DNA of 45,574 nt, taken from IMG/VR virus record IMGVR_UViG_3300045988_139688; one strand, written 5' to 3'. Numbering within the stretch: the stretch's first letter is position 1; every line of letters starts with the position of its first letter. The position numbers and the translations under genes were made by a program. Below the pieces are notes generated by a model. That model saw only the letters and a list, made by a program, of their open reading frames with translations, was not told the origin of the DNA and ran no database searches. Origin of the DNA: a virus. Shown here in pieces: positions 16,936 through 25,252 of the stretch.

Positions 16936-17283
16936 ATGAATTTAACAGAACAACAGATTAACACCTTGGAAGAAGCTCGTAGAGTTTATGGTAATACAGC
17001 TCAGTTACTGGTATCAATCGAAGAACTCAATGAGCTGGCTTGTGTGGTTGCTAAATTTCCAAGATATGATACAGAAGAGGAAGCACGAGCGAAGCTTCAC
17101 CAGAAGGCATTGGACGAAGTTGCTGACGTCTACATTGTTCTTAACCACATTGAGACTATTCTTGGACTTGAGATGTCAGAAATTGCAAGCAGAATTGCAA
17201 GCAAGATAGACCGAGTCAATCGCTGGGTCAGCACAAATGATAAGTTCAGTCAAACACTTGTAGACAGAAACGTGGTGGAATAG
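16936..17283 (+). CDS. MazG-like all-alpha nucleoside triphosphate pyrophosphohydrolase
   Basis: 115 aa. EELNELACVVAKF ... ALDEVADVYIVLNHI matches the E-x-x-E ... E/D-x-x-D helical pattern of the small MazG family. Confidence 0.7.
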   Translation: MNLTEQQINTLEEARRVYGNTAQLLVSIEELNELACVVAKFPRYDTEEEARAKLHQKALDEVADVYIVLNHIETILGLEMSEIASRIASKIDRVNRWVSTNDKFSQTLVDRNVVE

Positions 17284-17284
17284 C

Positions 17285-19213
17285 ATGAACCTAACTGAGT
17301 TCAACAGCTTGGTGGGACAAGATAGCTATGTAAGATGCAGTAACAAGAAACGTTTGGATACAGCAATAGTGTCAAAACAGTTGGCGGAGTCTCATGTTTT
17401 CTCGGGCGGACAAATCGGTTGGTGGGTACGTCCAGGATACATAATTGTAGATATAGACGAAGGCAAACAACAGGCTATTGAGATTATCAAACGGCTCAAG
17501 CTTAAAACCCTTATGTGTAAAACACCAAAAGGTTTACATCTATACTTTCGCACTGACAAAGAATTTCCACAAAGAGTTGGCATGGTGTTGCCTTGCGGGT
17601 TAAAATGCGATTTTCGATGTGCAAACAAGGGGTATGTGATACTGCCCTGGGGTTCTGAAAACAGAGCATTTAACAGGTGCAGAGAGATAGCAGAATTGCC
17701 TTTAGAGTTCACACCAATGATAAATCGGAAAGAGAGTCTGCTTGGTCTGCACGAAGGAGATGGCAGAAATGCTACTCTGTTTGCTCACTTGATGGCTTAC
17801 AAGAACAGAGGAGCTTCTGACAAGCAAATACAAGCTATGGCTTGTGCTATCAACGATGTAATATTTACAGAACCAATGAGTGAAGAAGAGCTTGATAAAA
17901 TCATAAGCAACACAAAAAAATACGAAGCTCAACAGCAAGGTGAAAACCCTTATCTGATATATAACAGCAAAGGTATACCAACAGGTGTTAATCAGCGAGC
18001 TATATGTGATTATTTTGTCAACAGGGGAGATTTATTTGTACTGGGTGGAGAATGTTATCAATACAAAGATGGAGTGTACACAGAGTCAAGTTCTTTTGTG
18101 AGAAATACAATCAAAGATATGATAATGCTTGACCAGTTTATAACACAATCCCGAATAATGGACTGTTACAGGTTAATCATCGATGATACCCGAATTCAGC
18201 GGAATGATTCACAGCTGAACAGTAATCACAATCTTATCAACTTTAAAAATGGCGTCTGGGATGTATCCCAAAATAGATTGTTACCTCACGACAGTAAATA
18301 TCTACAAACAATTCAAATTCCTCATGAAGTCGGATTGTACAAGCCCTTTACAGAAACCAAGCTGTATCAATTCTTTAAGCTGACAAGAATTCCAAAAGAG
18401 GATGTAAAGATGATATTGAAGTACATGGCATATTGCCTAACTTTGAACTATGGTTTGAAGACCTTCATGATACTGTGTGGACAGTCTAATACAGGCAAAT
18501 CTGTATTGTTGAGATTTTTTGAGACATTAATTGGTAAACAGAATACAGCAGCATTGAGCATGCATGAGCTCTCCGCTAGGTTCTATCCAGCGAAGCTTTA
18601 CGGATGTCTATTGAATTCCTGCGGAGAGGGTGGTGCATTGCCGCTAAATAGCATTGAAAACCTCAAGAAGATAACTGGCGGAGACCCAATAATGCACGAG
18701 AAGAAGGGCAAAGAGCCGTTTTTCTTTGTACCATTTTGTAAGCTGATATTTTCATTCAACCAGCTGCCTTTGCAGCTTGAGGAGAAGTCCAATGCGTTTT
18801 ACAAGCGTATGCGTATTCTGTATATGAACAACGAATTGCATATCAATGATGCTTATGTCAACACGCTCTGCAGCAACGAGAGTGTTGAAGAGGTTATCCC
18901 CTATCTATTAAGCTTGTTACCAGTTACAGAGATACCAAGAACAACAAAGTCCAATAGAATGGTAGAAAGCCTTAGACAAGACAGTGATAGCATCCATGCA
19001 TTTATTGCTAAATGCTGCATCCAAGAGAAATCTGCCCTTGTTCCAAAAGCAGCCCTGTATGAAGCTTATGCTCAATATTGTATCTCCTCTGGACGTGAAT
19101 CACACAAAAAGCATGGGTTTATCAGGAATATCAGGTCTCTTGGCTATGAAGAAGTTAGGGATGCTAAAAGCCGTGAAGCCTGTTGGCGTGGTTTGCGATT
19201 GAGGAAGAAGTGA
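17285..19213 (+). CDS. Primase-polymerase / D5-P4-type SF3 helicase fusion
   Basis: 642 aa. N-terminal PrimPol motifs (IIVDIDEG, KTPKGLHLYFRTD) and a C-terminal Walker A (ILCGQSNTGKSVLL) with P4/D5-type spacing. Confidence 0.85.
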   Translation: MNLTEFNSLVGQDSYVRCSNKKRLDTAIVSKQLAESHVFSGGQIGWWVRPGYIIVDIDEGKQQAIEIIKRLKLKTLMCKTPKGLHLYFRTDKEFPQRVGMVLPCGLKCDFRCANKGYVILPWGSENRAFNRCREIAELPLEFTPMINRKESLLGLHEGDGRNATLFAHLMAYKNRGASDKQIQAMACAINDVIFTEPMSEEELDKIISNTKKYEAQQQGENPYLIYNSKGIPTGVNQRAICDYFVNRGDLFVLGGECYQYKDGVYTESSSFVRNTIKDMIMLDQFITQSRIMDCYRLIIDDTRIQRNDSQLNSNHNLINFKNGVWDVSQNRLLPHDSKYLQTIQIPHEVGLYKPFTETKLYQFFKLTRIPKEDVKMILKYMAYCLTLNYGLKTFMILCGQSNTGKSVLLRFFETLIGKQNTAALSMHELSARFYPAKLYGCLLNSCGEGGALPLNSIENLKKITGGDPIMHEKKGKEPFFFVPFCKLIFSFNQLPLQLEEKSNAFYKRMRILYMNNELHINDAYVNTLCSNESVEEVIPYLLSLLPVTEIPRTTKSNRMVESLRQDSDSIHAFIAKCCIQEKSALVPKAALYEAYAQYCISSGRESHKKHGFIRNIRSLGYEEVRDAKSREACWRGLRLRKK

Positions 19214-19225
19214 GGTGATGATATA

Positions 19226-19555
19226 ATGAAACTCAAGACAGTTTTCAAAATTTGCAAGAATTTGGCCAACAAGCAGCTCAAAGCAAACCCGACGCAAGGC
19301 TTTAAGGTTGAAAATGAACACGTATACCTTAAAGATGTTATCCAAGAACTTGACTTATTAACAGGCTGGTGCTATCCTGGAGAATTGGATGTGCAGCAAA
19401 TTGTGCGTTGTAAAAATTGTAAACATTACAAGAAGTTCAAGTCTAAAAACCCATACAACAGAAAAGGTTTCATATACATGTGTAAGTGTACCCGAACGCC
19501 AACTAAACCTGAATTCTATTGCGCACACGGAGAAGACAAGAGAGATATTGTTTAA
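19226..19555 (+). CDS. Cys-rich small protein
   Basis: 109 aa. RCKNCKHYKK...CKC...YCAHGE, a motif common in Firmicutes phage replication modules. Confidence 0.65.
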   Translation: MKLKTVFKICKNLANKQLKANPTQGFKVENEHVYLKDVIQELDLLTGWCYPGELDVQQIVRCKNCKHYKKFKSKNPYNRKGFIYMCKCTRTPTKPEFYCAHGEDKRDIV

Positions 19556-19572
19556 TGAAATGAGGTGTTACT

Positions 19573-19764
19573 ATGACAACAAATAAACAACCTGCCATTT
19601 TTGATGATAGGGCACTTGAAGTTCTCAGAGAAGCAAAAGCCTACGGAAAGCATGGGTCTTACAGGGATTATGAAACCTACAAATGCAAGCTCTATAATTT
19701 GGGGCTAGATGCTAAATCACTGGACGGTGCACTACGCACCTTATCTAACATCTTGCAGGTGTAA
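19573..19764 (+). CDS. Hypothetical protein
   Basis: 63 aa with an RBS (gaggtg). Confidence 0.6.
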   Translation: MTTNKQPAIFDDRALEVLREAKAYGKHGSYRDYETYKCKLYNLGLDAKSLDGALRTLSNILQV

Positions 19765-19766
19765 TC

Positions 19767-20123
19767 ATGAAGAGTCTAAATGAACAACAAGGTACAACTA
19801 TATCAGAACTCGAAGCTGCCTTGGCAGTTTGCAGAAAACTGCTCCAAGCTAAGCTGAGCGAAGGAGCAAAAGGAATCGTATTTGCCAAAGGTAAACCAAA
19901 TCAAGTTAAAATGACCTATAAGAAAGCTTATGCGGTGTTGAAAGAGCTAGAAGCCTATTTTGGCTATAAAGGATGCGTCAGTTTCGGAATCTGTAAGACA
20001 TGTACGAAATTTGATACAACAAAATTTCAAGACAAGCGGTTTGGCTACTGCGGAAATACTATGAAGCATATGTATGATACATGTGAAAAACACAGTAAAT
20101 CAGGAGGAGGATTTGGATTATGA
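19767..20123 (+). CDS. Cys-rich hypothetical protein
   Basis: 118 aa. ICKTCTKFD...YCGN...CEKH. Confidence 0.65.
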   Translation: MKSLNEQQGTTISELEAALAVCRKLLQAKLSEGAKGIVFAKGKPNQVKMTYKKAYAVLKELEAYFGYKGCVSFGICKTCTKFDTTKFQDKRFGYCGNTMKHMYDTCEKHSKSGGGFGL

Positions 20124-20347
20124 ATACCAAAATAAAAATTGAAATCTGCCCTAAGTGTCTTGGCACTGGTAAAATCAGACCAAAACAGCATCTTGTACAA
20201 ACTTCTTTGTATGACTCTGACTGGGTTCAAGACCAAGATTATGAGTGTCCAGAATGTCAAGGTTCAGGACGTGTAGTTGCAACAATCACACCTTACGTTG
20301 AAGACAAGGTGTTTGATTTGAATCATCAGGAGGTATCTCAAAAATGA
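20120..20347 (+). CDS. DnaJ-type zinc-finger mini-protein
   Basis: Two CxxCxGxG units: CPKCLGTGK and CPECQGSGR. Confidence 0.7.
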   Translation: MNTKIKIEICPKCLGTGKIRPKQHLVQTSLYDSDWVQDQDYECPECQGSGRVVATITPYVEDKVFDLNHQEVSQK

Positions 20348-22053
20348 GGTATGCTACAATTGATATTGAGACCACAGGACTGAATCGGTACAAAGACAAG
20401 ATAACCTGGATAGGAGTGGGCTTGGCTCAAGATACTAACAGTGATATTTCTAAGATGTTTATCTATGATGCAGATAGCCCAAAAGACATTCACAAATTCA
20501 AGAACCTTGTAAACAATCTGCACAAGCACAAAGTCAAGACTGTTTTTCAGAATGGCAAGTTTGATACCCTGTTCATCGAGGAAGCCCTAAGCATTAAGAT
20601 ACCGATTCACGAAGACATATTGCTAATGGGTACGGCTTATGACCTAGTTGCAGAACACGGACTGAAGAAGATGGCTCAACGGTATCTTGGTGTATGCGAT
20701 TGGGATATTTCAAAAAAGGAGAAGCTTGCAGGCAATTCTGATACTGTAGTCCCATATCTGAAAGATGATGTTACCTATTCTTGGCAACTGTTTAGATATT
20801 TTTTGGACAACATGACTGAACAACAGTTGAAAATCTATTACAAATTACTAAAACCAGCATATTTGACATACAGGGATATTGAACGTAATGGAGTGTACAT
20901 TGATTTGAAGAAGCTGAAATCAGTCCGCAAGACCTATGCAACTAGAGAAGCCCAATGCCTGAATAAGTTGAATGCTAAGTACAAGATAAACTGGAATAGC
21001 GCAGGTCAAATTCAAGAGGTGTTATTCAACAAAGAGAAAATGCCAATACTTGCAAAATCGGAGAAAACTGGTAAACCCTCTGCAAGTGCGTCTGTGCTGA
21101 AAAAACTGGCCAATAAGGGGTATGAAATACCTCAGCTTATCCTTGATTACAAGGCTGTTAACACCTTGAACAAGATGTTCTTGAGCCGTTGGGAGGGTGA
21201 TTTAGGTTCAGATTTGCGTATTCATCCTTCGTTCAATCTCACCAATGTTCGCACAGGGCGAACAAGTTGTCAAAATCCAAATCTACAACAAGTGCCGAGA
21301 AATCTTGATGTGCGAAGTTTGTTTAATGCCCCCGGAGGACGGCTATTTTTTGAGGCTGACTATTCACAGCTGGAATTGAGAATAGCTGCTGATTATGCTA
21401 ACGATAAGACTATGCTTGAGATATATCACAACAACGGTGATATACATACTACGACAGCCAAATTGATGACAGGCGGAAGAGAGCCAACCAAGGAAGAACG
21501 TGGTAAGGCTAAGGCAGTTAACTTTGGATTTTTGTATGGAATGTCAGCTCGCAAGTTTGTAGAATATGCCTATGACTCATATGGGGTAGTGTTCACGAGG
21601 TCAGAAGCTGAGACTTTCAGAAAGTTGTTTTTTGCCAAGTATAATAGGCTCTTGCCTTGGCATCATGAGCAAGAATTATTGTGTGAAGCTTTAGGCGGTG
21701 TTGCAAACAAGTTCGGCAGATTTAGGTCACTTCCAGACATCTATTCTAGCAACAAATTTGAACGCTCAGGAGCAGTCAGACGAGCTATTAATACCCCTGT
21801 ACAGGGAACAGGCTCAGATTTGCTTATCTCAGCAGTTACTCAAATCAATAAGGAGTTTAAACCCTATGGCTTGAAGGTTGTTGGCACAGTTCATGACTCT
21901 ATCCTTGGTGAATTCAATGAGAAGGATAGAGATTGGATTGTCCCAGAGATACGCAGAATCATGTTACACCCAAGAGTTCTTGATGATTTTGAAGTGGAAT
22001 TAAAAGTGCCATTGGAAGTTGATATCGGAGTTGGTCCTTGGGGTACTCATTAA
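20344..22053 (+). CDS. Family A DNA polymerase with 3'-5' exonuclease domain
   Basis: ExoI ATIDIETTGL. Pol motifs RTGRTSCQNPNLQQVP, DYSQLELRIAA, KAVNFGFLYGMS and VHDSI. Confidence 0.92.
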   Translation: MRYATIDIETTGLNRYKDKITWIGVGLAQDTNSDISKMFIYDADSPKDIHKFKNLVNNLHKHKVKTVFQNGKFDTLFIEEALSIKIPIHEDILLMGTAYDLVAEHGLKKMAQRYLGVCDWDISKKEKLAGNSDTVVPYLKDDVTYSWQLFRYFLDNMTEQQLKIYYKLLKPAYLTYRDIERNGVYIDLKKLKSVRKTYATREAQCLNKLNAKYKINWNSAGQIQEVLFNKEKMPILAKSEKTGKPSASASVLKKLANKGYEIPQLILDYKAVNTLNKMFLSRWEGDLGSDLRIHPSFNLTNVRTGRTSCQNPNLQQVPRNLDVRSLFNAPGGRLFFEADYSQLELRIAADYANDKTMLEIYHNNGDIHTTTAKLMTGGREPTKEERGKAKAVNFGFLYGMSARKFVEYAYDSYGVVFTRSEAETFRKLFFAKYNRLLPWHHEQELLCEALGGVANKFGRFRSLPDIYSSNKFERSGAVRRAINTPVQGTGSDLLISAVTQINKEFKPYGLKVVGTVHDSILGEFNEKDRDWIVPEIRRIMLHPRVLDDFEVELKVPLEVDIGVGPWGTH

Positions 22054-22073
22054 GATTACGAGTCAATCTGGAT

Positions 22074-22139
22074 ATTAATAAATTGTTAATAATTAATTTA
22101 CCAAAAATACTTTATTGTACTCCATAAAAGTAGTATAAT
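22074..22139 (+). promoter_or_regulatory. Conserved promoter cassette, copy D
   Basis: attaataaaTTGTTAATAAttaaTTTACcaaaaaTACTTTATT-gtactccataaaagt-AGTATAAT; nearly identical to copy B. Confidence 0.65.
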
Positions 22140-22176
22140 GATAATCAGAAAGGAAAACAAGGAGGAGTTCAATCAG

Positions 22177-22338
22177 ATGAGATTGATTGATGCAGATGAG
22201 CTTGAAAGTTTGATTGTAAAACAAGCTGGTGAACTCAAAATCAAAGTCTTTGACCCAAGTGTTAATCTGATTTTGCAGGATATCAAAAATGCTCCAACCA
22301 TTGAGATTAAATCCAACAACCCCGACAAAAGCAGATAA
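22177..22338 (+). CDS. Small hypothetical protein (MRLIDADEL...)
   Basis: ATG 22177 after AAGGAGGAG; 53 aa. The longer track ORF starts inside the promoter -10. Confidence 0.6.
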   Translation: MRLIDADELESLIVKQAGELKIKVFDPSVNLILQDIKNAPTIEIKSNNPDKSR

Positions 22339-22362
22339 CTTAACAATCAGGAGGTAATAATT

Positions 22363-22593
22363 ATGTTCTGTTCTATGACAAGAGGTTACTGGGTGTTCCA
22401 TCGTGGAAGATGTCTTTGGGCATGCAAATTCTGGGTAGGAACTCCTGAAGACTTGGTAGCTTATATTCTTGACAAGATAGTTTTGTTCTTGGAAGCTCTC
22501 AAGCCGCAGAATATGATTAACAGATACACAAACAAGATTTTCAAGGTTTGTGGACGTGAAACAAATCACACAGGTAAGAACTTCCACAAGTAA
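22363..22593 (+). CDS. Hypothetical protein
   Basis: 76 aa with an AGGAGG RBS. Confidence 0.6.
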   Translation: MFCSMTRGYWVFHRGRCLWACKFWVGTPEDLVAYILDKIVLFLEALKPQNMINRYTNKIFKVCGRETNHTGKNFHK

Positions 22594-22615
22594 TACCTAC
22601 GGAGGTAAAACAGCT

Positions 22616-22813
22616 ATGGCAAATTTTAATTATGAGTGGTGGACAGTTTCAGTCAAATGTCTAACAGGTACATATCTATATGAACTCAAGGCAAAGAATA
22701 AGCAGAATGTTATCCATCAAATCAAAAAGCTGGAAAAAGAAGACTTCAGCATAGTAGAAATTCTCTGGGACACGTTAAAGCTTGATAGGGTTGGCTACCA
22801 AAGATTAAGCTAG
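22616..22813 (+). CDS. Hypothetical protein
   Basis: ATG 22616 after GGAGGT (MANFNYEWW...); 65 aa. Confidence 0.6.
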   Translation: MANFNYEWWTVSVKCLTGTYLYELKAKNKQNVIHQIKKLEKEDFSIVEILWDTLKLDRVGYQRLS

Positions 22814-22859
22814 GGTATTCAGTTTAAACAGCTTGTACAAATAAACTCACTTGCTTAAT

Positions 22860-22926
22860 AGTTTACGAATTGTTAATAAATTGTTTATCAAATATACTTT
22901 ATTTGGTGCTCAATAAGTAGTATAAT
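22860..22926 (+). promoter_or_regulatory. Conserved promoter cassette, copy E
   Basis: agtttacgaaTTGTTAATAAattgTTTATcaaatATACTTTATT-tggtgctcaataagt-AGTATAAT. The first 20 nt are identical to copy A. Confidence 0.65.
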
Positions 22927-23021
22927 AAGGATGTAAACGAAAGAACAATTTAAATATGACATTCACGAGATAACGTGGTATATTATGAAATCAAAATTAA
23001 TCTTTTCGGAGGTACAAAATC

Positions 23022-23150
23022 ATGGAAAATCAGTATTCAAAATTCGAGTATTCAAGGACAGAAAACCCAAGTGTTCTGAACGGAATCAGAGACGAAGAGA
23101 AAAGCAGCACACGCTGCTTGGCTCGCAAAGTATTTCAACGTGATTTTTGA
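23022..23150 (+). CDS. Short ORF with strong RBS (42 aa); possibly the 5' part of 23140..23454
   Basis: GGAGGT lies 8 nt upstream of ATG 23022. The ORF stops at 23148..23150 while the +1 frame is open from 23080. Confidence 0.4.
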   Translation: MENQYSKFEYSRTENPSVLNGIRDEEKSSTRCLARKVFQRDF

Positions 23151-23454
23151 AATCGAGTGCGCAGAGCTTGAGGGTACGCCAAAACAGATTGACTACGCAA
23201 ACGATATCAGACGCAAGACCCTCTTCTGGAGAGTTGATTCCGTAACCGAGTACGCTGTTGATAAGTGCAAGGGTGCTGACAAGAAAGGTTATGACGTTGC
23301 AGTAGGTTTTGAAATCGTAGCAGCTGAACTGAATAAGCACGGCATGAACATAGAAACCATGAGTGACCTGGTTAAACAACTGATGATACACCAAAACAAA
23401 AAGCTGATAAACGAAACATCAGCCAAGAAAATAATCGAACGTGAAACAATATGA
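23140..23454 (+). CDS. Hypothetical protein (GTG start without RBS, or frameshift continuation of 23022 ORF)
   Basis: 104-aa ORF. The motif GTPKQIDYANDIRRK recurs in many Firmicutes phage orphan proteins. Confidence 0.55.
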   Translation: MIFEIECAELEGTPKQIDYANDIRRKTLFWRVDSVTEYAVDKCKGADKKGYDVAVGFEIVAAELNKHGMNIETMSDLVKQLMIHQNKKLINETSAKKIIERETI

Positions 23455-23624
23455 GGTGAGCCTGCAACCCTGCAGAACGTCAAGGCAGTAACTGAAAGAA
23501 TGTGTGTTGAATACATTGCATGATAAATTCCCCTGATGAGTCTTTGAAAATTAAGACGAAACCGCTGAGAAGCGGTTGGGAATATCACCCAAATAACTAT
23601 ATTATATTACAGGAGGTCATTATT

Positions 23625-24128
23625 ATGGCAACAAAGACAAAGGTAAACACCACATTTCTCAAGACTCTCAAAAAGGGCACAACAGTTATTCTTTGTGCAT
23701 TCACAGGCATGAAGATTGGAGTCAAGGAGATTATTGCAGCTGACAAAGCTACAGTAACTATCGAAACAAACAACGGTGAAGCGGTATTTGACCGCAAGAC
23801 AGGCAAGCAGATTGACCCTGAGCCAAAAGCTGAGAGATTTGCAAACTATCTCACAGAGGACGATGGTTCATTTGTACCACCTACACGTAAGCCAAAAGCA
23901 AAGAAGGCAGAGCCAAAGGCTGAAGTTGAAGAGGAAGATGCAGATGATGAAGAGGACGAGGAAGAAAAGAAGCCTGCACCAAAGAAGAAGGCAACAAAGA
24001 AGGCTGCAAAGAAGGCTGCAAAGCCAGCTGAAAAGAAGTCATCAAAGAAGCCTGAGCCTGAAGAGGAAGAAGAGTGGGAAGAGGACGATGATGATGATGA
24101 CGATGATGATTTTGAGGAAATTGACTAA
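23625..24128 (+). CDS. KAFTGM-domain protein with Lys-rich/acidic block tail (paralogous domain 2 of 3)
   Basis: ATG 23625 after AGGAGG. N-terminus GTTVILCAFTGMKIGVKEII...ERFANYL. The tail alternates basic and acidic blocks: KPKAKKAEPK / EEEDADDEEDEEE / KKPAPKKKATKKAAKKAAKPAEKKSSKK / EEEEEWEEDDDDDDDDDFEEID. Confidence 0.8.
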   Translation: MATKTKVNTTFLKTLKKGTTVILCAFTGMKIGVKEIIAADKATVTIETNNGEAVFDRKTGKQIDPEPKAERFANYLTEDDGSFVPPTRKPKAKKAEPKAEVEEEDADDEEDEEEKKPAPKKKATKKAAKKAAKPAEKKSSKKPEPEEEEEWEEDDDDDDDDDFEEID

Positions 24129-24153
24129 TTACAAATACCATACTGCGGCGAAA

Positions 24154-24180
24154 AGAGGAGCTTGACTGCTCCTCTTGCTT
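24154..24180 (+). terminator. Hairpin, possible intrinsic terminator
   Basis: AGAGGAGC-ttgact-GCTCCTCT followed by tgctt (weak T tract). Confidence 0.4.
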
Positions 24181-24189
24181 AATGGGTTA

Positions 24190-24209
24190 CACCTATATAC
24201 ATATAGGTG
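24190..24209. other. 20-nt near-perfect palindrome upstream of the recombination genes
   Basis: CACCTATAT-ac-ATATAGGTG. Confidence 0.5.
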
Positions 24210-24274
24210 CAGCGGTGACAAACCCCGCATCAAAGAACAGAGTCAAGCAATAACCGCATGAAAGAGGGTGAAAA

Positions 24275-25252
24275 ATGAACATCAGCTACAGTCGTGTTAG
24301 CTCCTATTTGAGCTGCCCTTACAAGCACTATCTTGGATATGTTCAAGGATTGAAGCTCAAGAAGCCTGAACGTCCGTTATATTTTGGCACAGATTTTCAT
24401 AGGCTTTTGGAATTGAGACATAAACCAGAAGAACTGAAAAAAGCCAAGCAGGATATTGGAAGCAAATTCTATGAACTCAAGCCACAATTTCAAGCAGAGC
24501 TTGGAGATGATTACATATGGGACTTGGCAACAATATTTGCAGACTATCAAGACATCTACAAGGAAAGCCCGCAGCCAACTGTAACAGAACAAAAATTCCA
24601 AATAAAGCTTGGAACTTACAAGGGTGAAACGATATACTTCAAAGGCTTTATCGATGAACTGTATAAGTACAAGAGCAAATCAACAGGCAAAAAATCAATT
24701 AAGATTGGTGAGCACAAGACATTTACAAGAAAACCTGACCAAAGTCTTCTTGTAATGAATACACAGAAATGTCTTTACTCAAAAGCCTGTGAAATTTTGT
24801 ATGGCATTTTACCTGACACGGTAATTTGGGACTATGTACACAGTAAACCTGCAAGTGAGCCAATTTGGTTGGAAAAATCACAACGATTCAGTGCTGCTAA
24901 AAGTGACAAAATCACACCTTATAGCTGGCGAAGAGCCTGTGACAAAAAAGGTATCACAGACGAGAAAATACTGTCAGAGGGAGACAAATACTCAGCAAAT
25001 ATCTCCAATTTCTTCTTCCGTTGCGAATTGGAAGTGCTCCCTGTTATGGTAGAAGACGTCTGGTCAGGTTTTGTTTATCAGGCTAAGCAGATAGTAAGAC
25101 AAGGCAATCAAAACAGGACTAAAAACATAACCCCAAGTTGTGCTTGGTGTAGCTATCAACCAATCTGCTATGCTGAGTGCACAGGAGCTAATGCACAATA
25201 CCTCATTGACAAGGACTACACGAGATACGAAAGAAAGGAGGAATCTGAATGA
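24275..25252 (+). CDS. PD-(D/E)XK exonuclease, Cas4/RecB-like with Fe-S Cys cluster
   Basis: N-terminus SYSRVSSYLSCPYKHYL. Nuclease motifs GFIDELY...IGEHKT. C-terminal Cys cluster CAWCSYQPICYAEC. Confidence 0.8.
   Translation: MNISYSRVSSYLSCPYKHYLGYVQGLKLKKPERPLYFGTDFHRLLELRHKPEELKKAKQDIGSKFYELKPQFQAELGDDYIWDLATIFADYQDIYKESPQPTVTEQKFQIKLGTYKGETIYFKGFIDELYKYKSKSTGKKSIKIGEHKTFTRKPDQSLLVMNTQKCLYSKACEILYGILPDTVIWDYVHSKPASEPIWLEKSQRFSAAKSDKITPYSWRRACDKKGITDEKILSEGDKYSANISNFFFRCELEVLPVMVEDVWSGFVYQAKQIVRQGNQNRTKNITPSCAWCSYQPICYAECTGANAQYLIDKDYTRYERKEESE

Noticed and set aside
22093-22587. 164-aa minus-strand ORF. The same applies to 12026..12475, 8872..9477, 34279..34953 and 1308..1808.
   Set aside because: They are antisense to well-supported genes or to promoter cassette D, have no ribosome-binding site, and break the strict strand polarity of each module.
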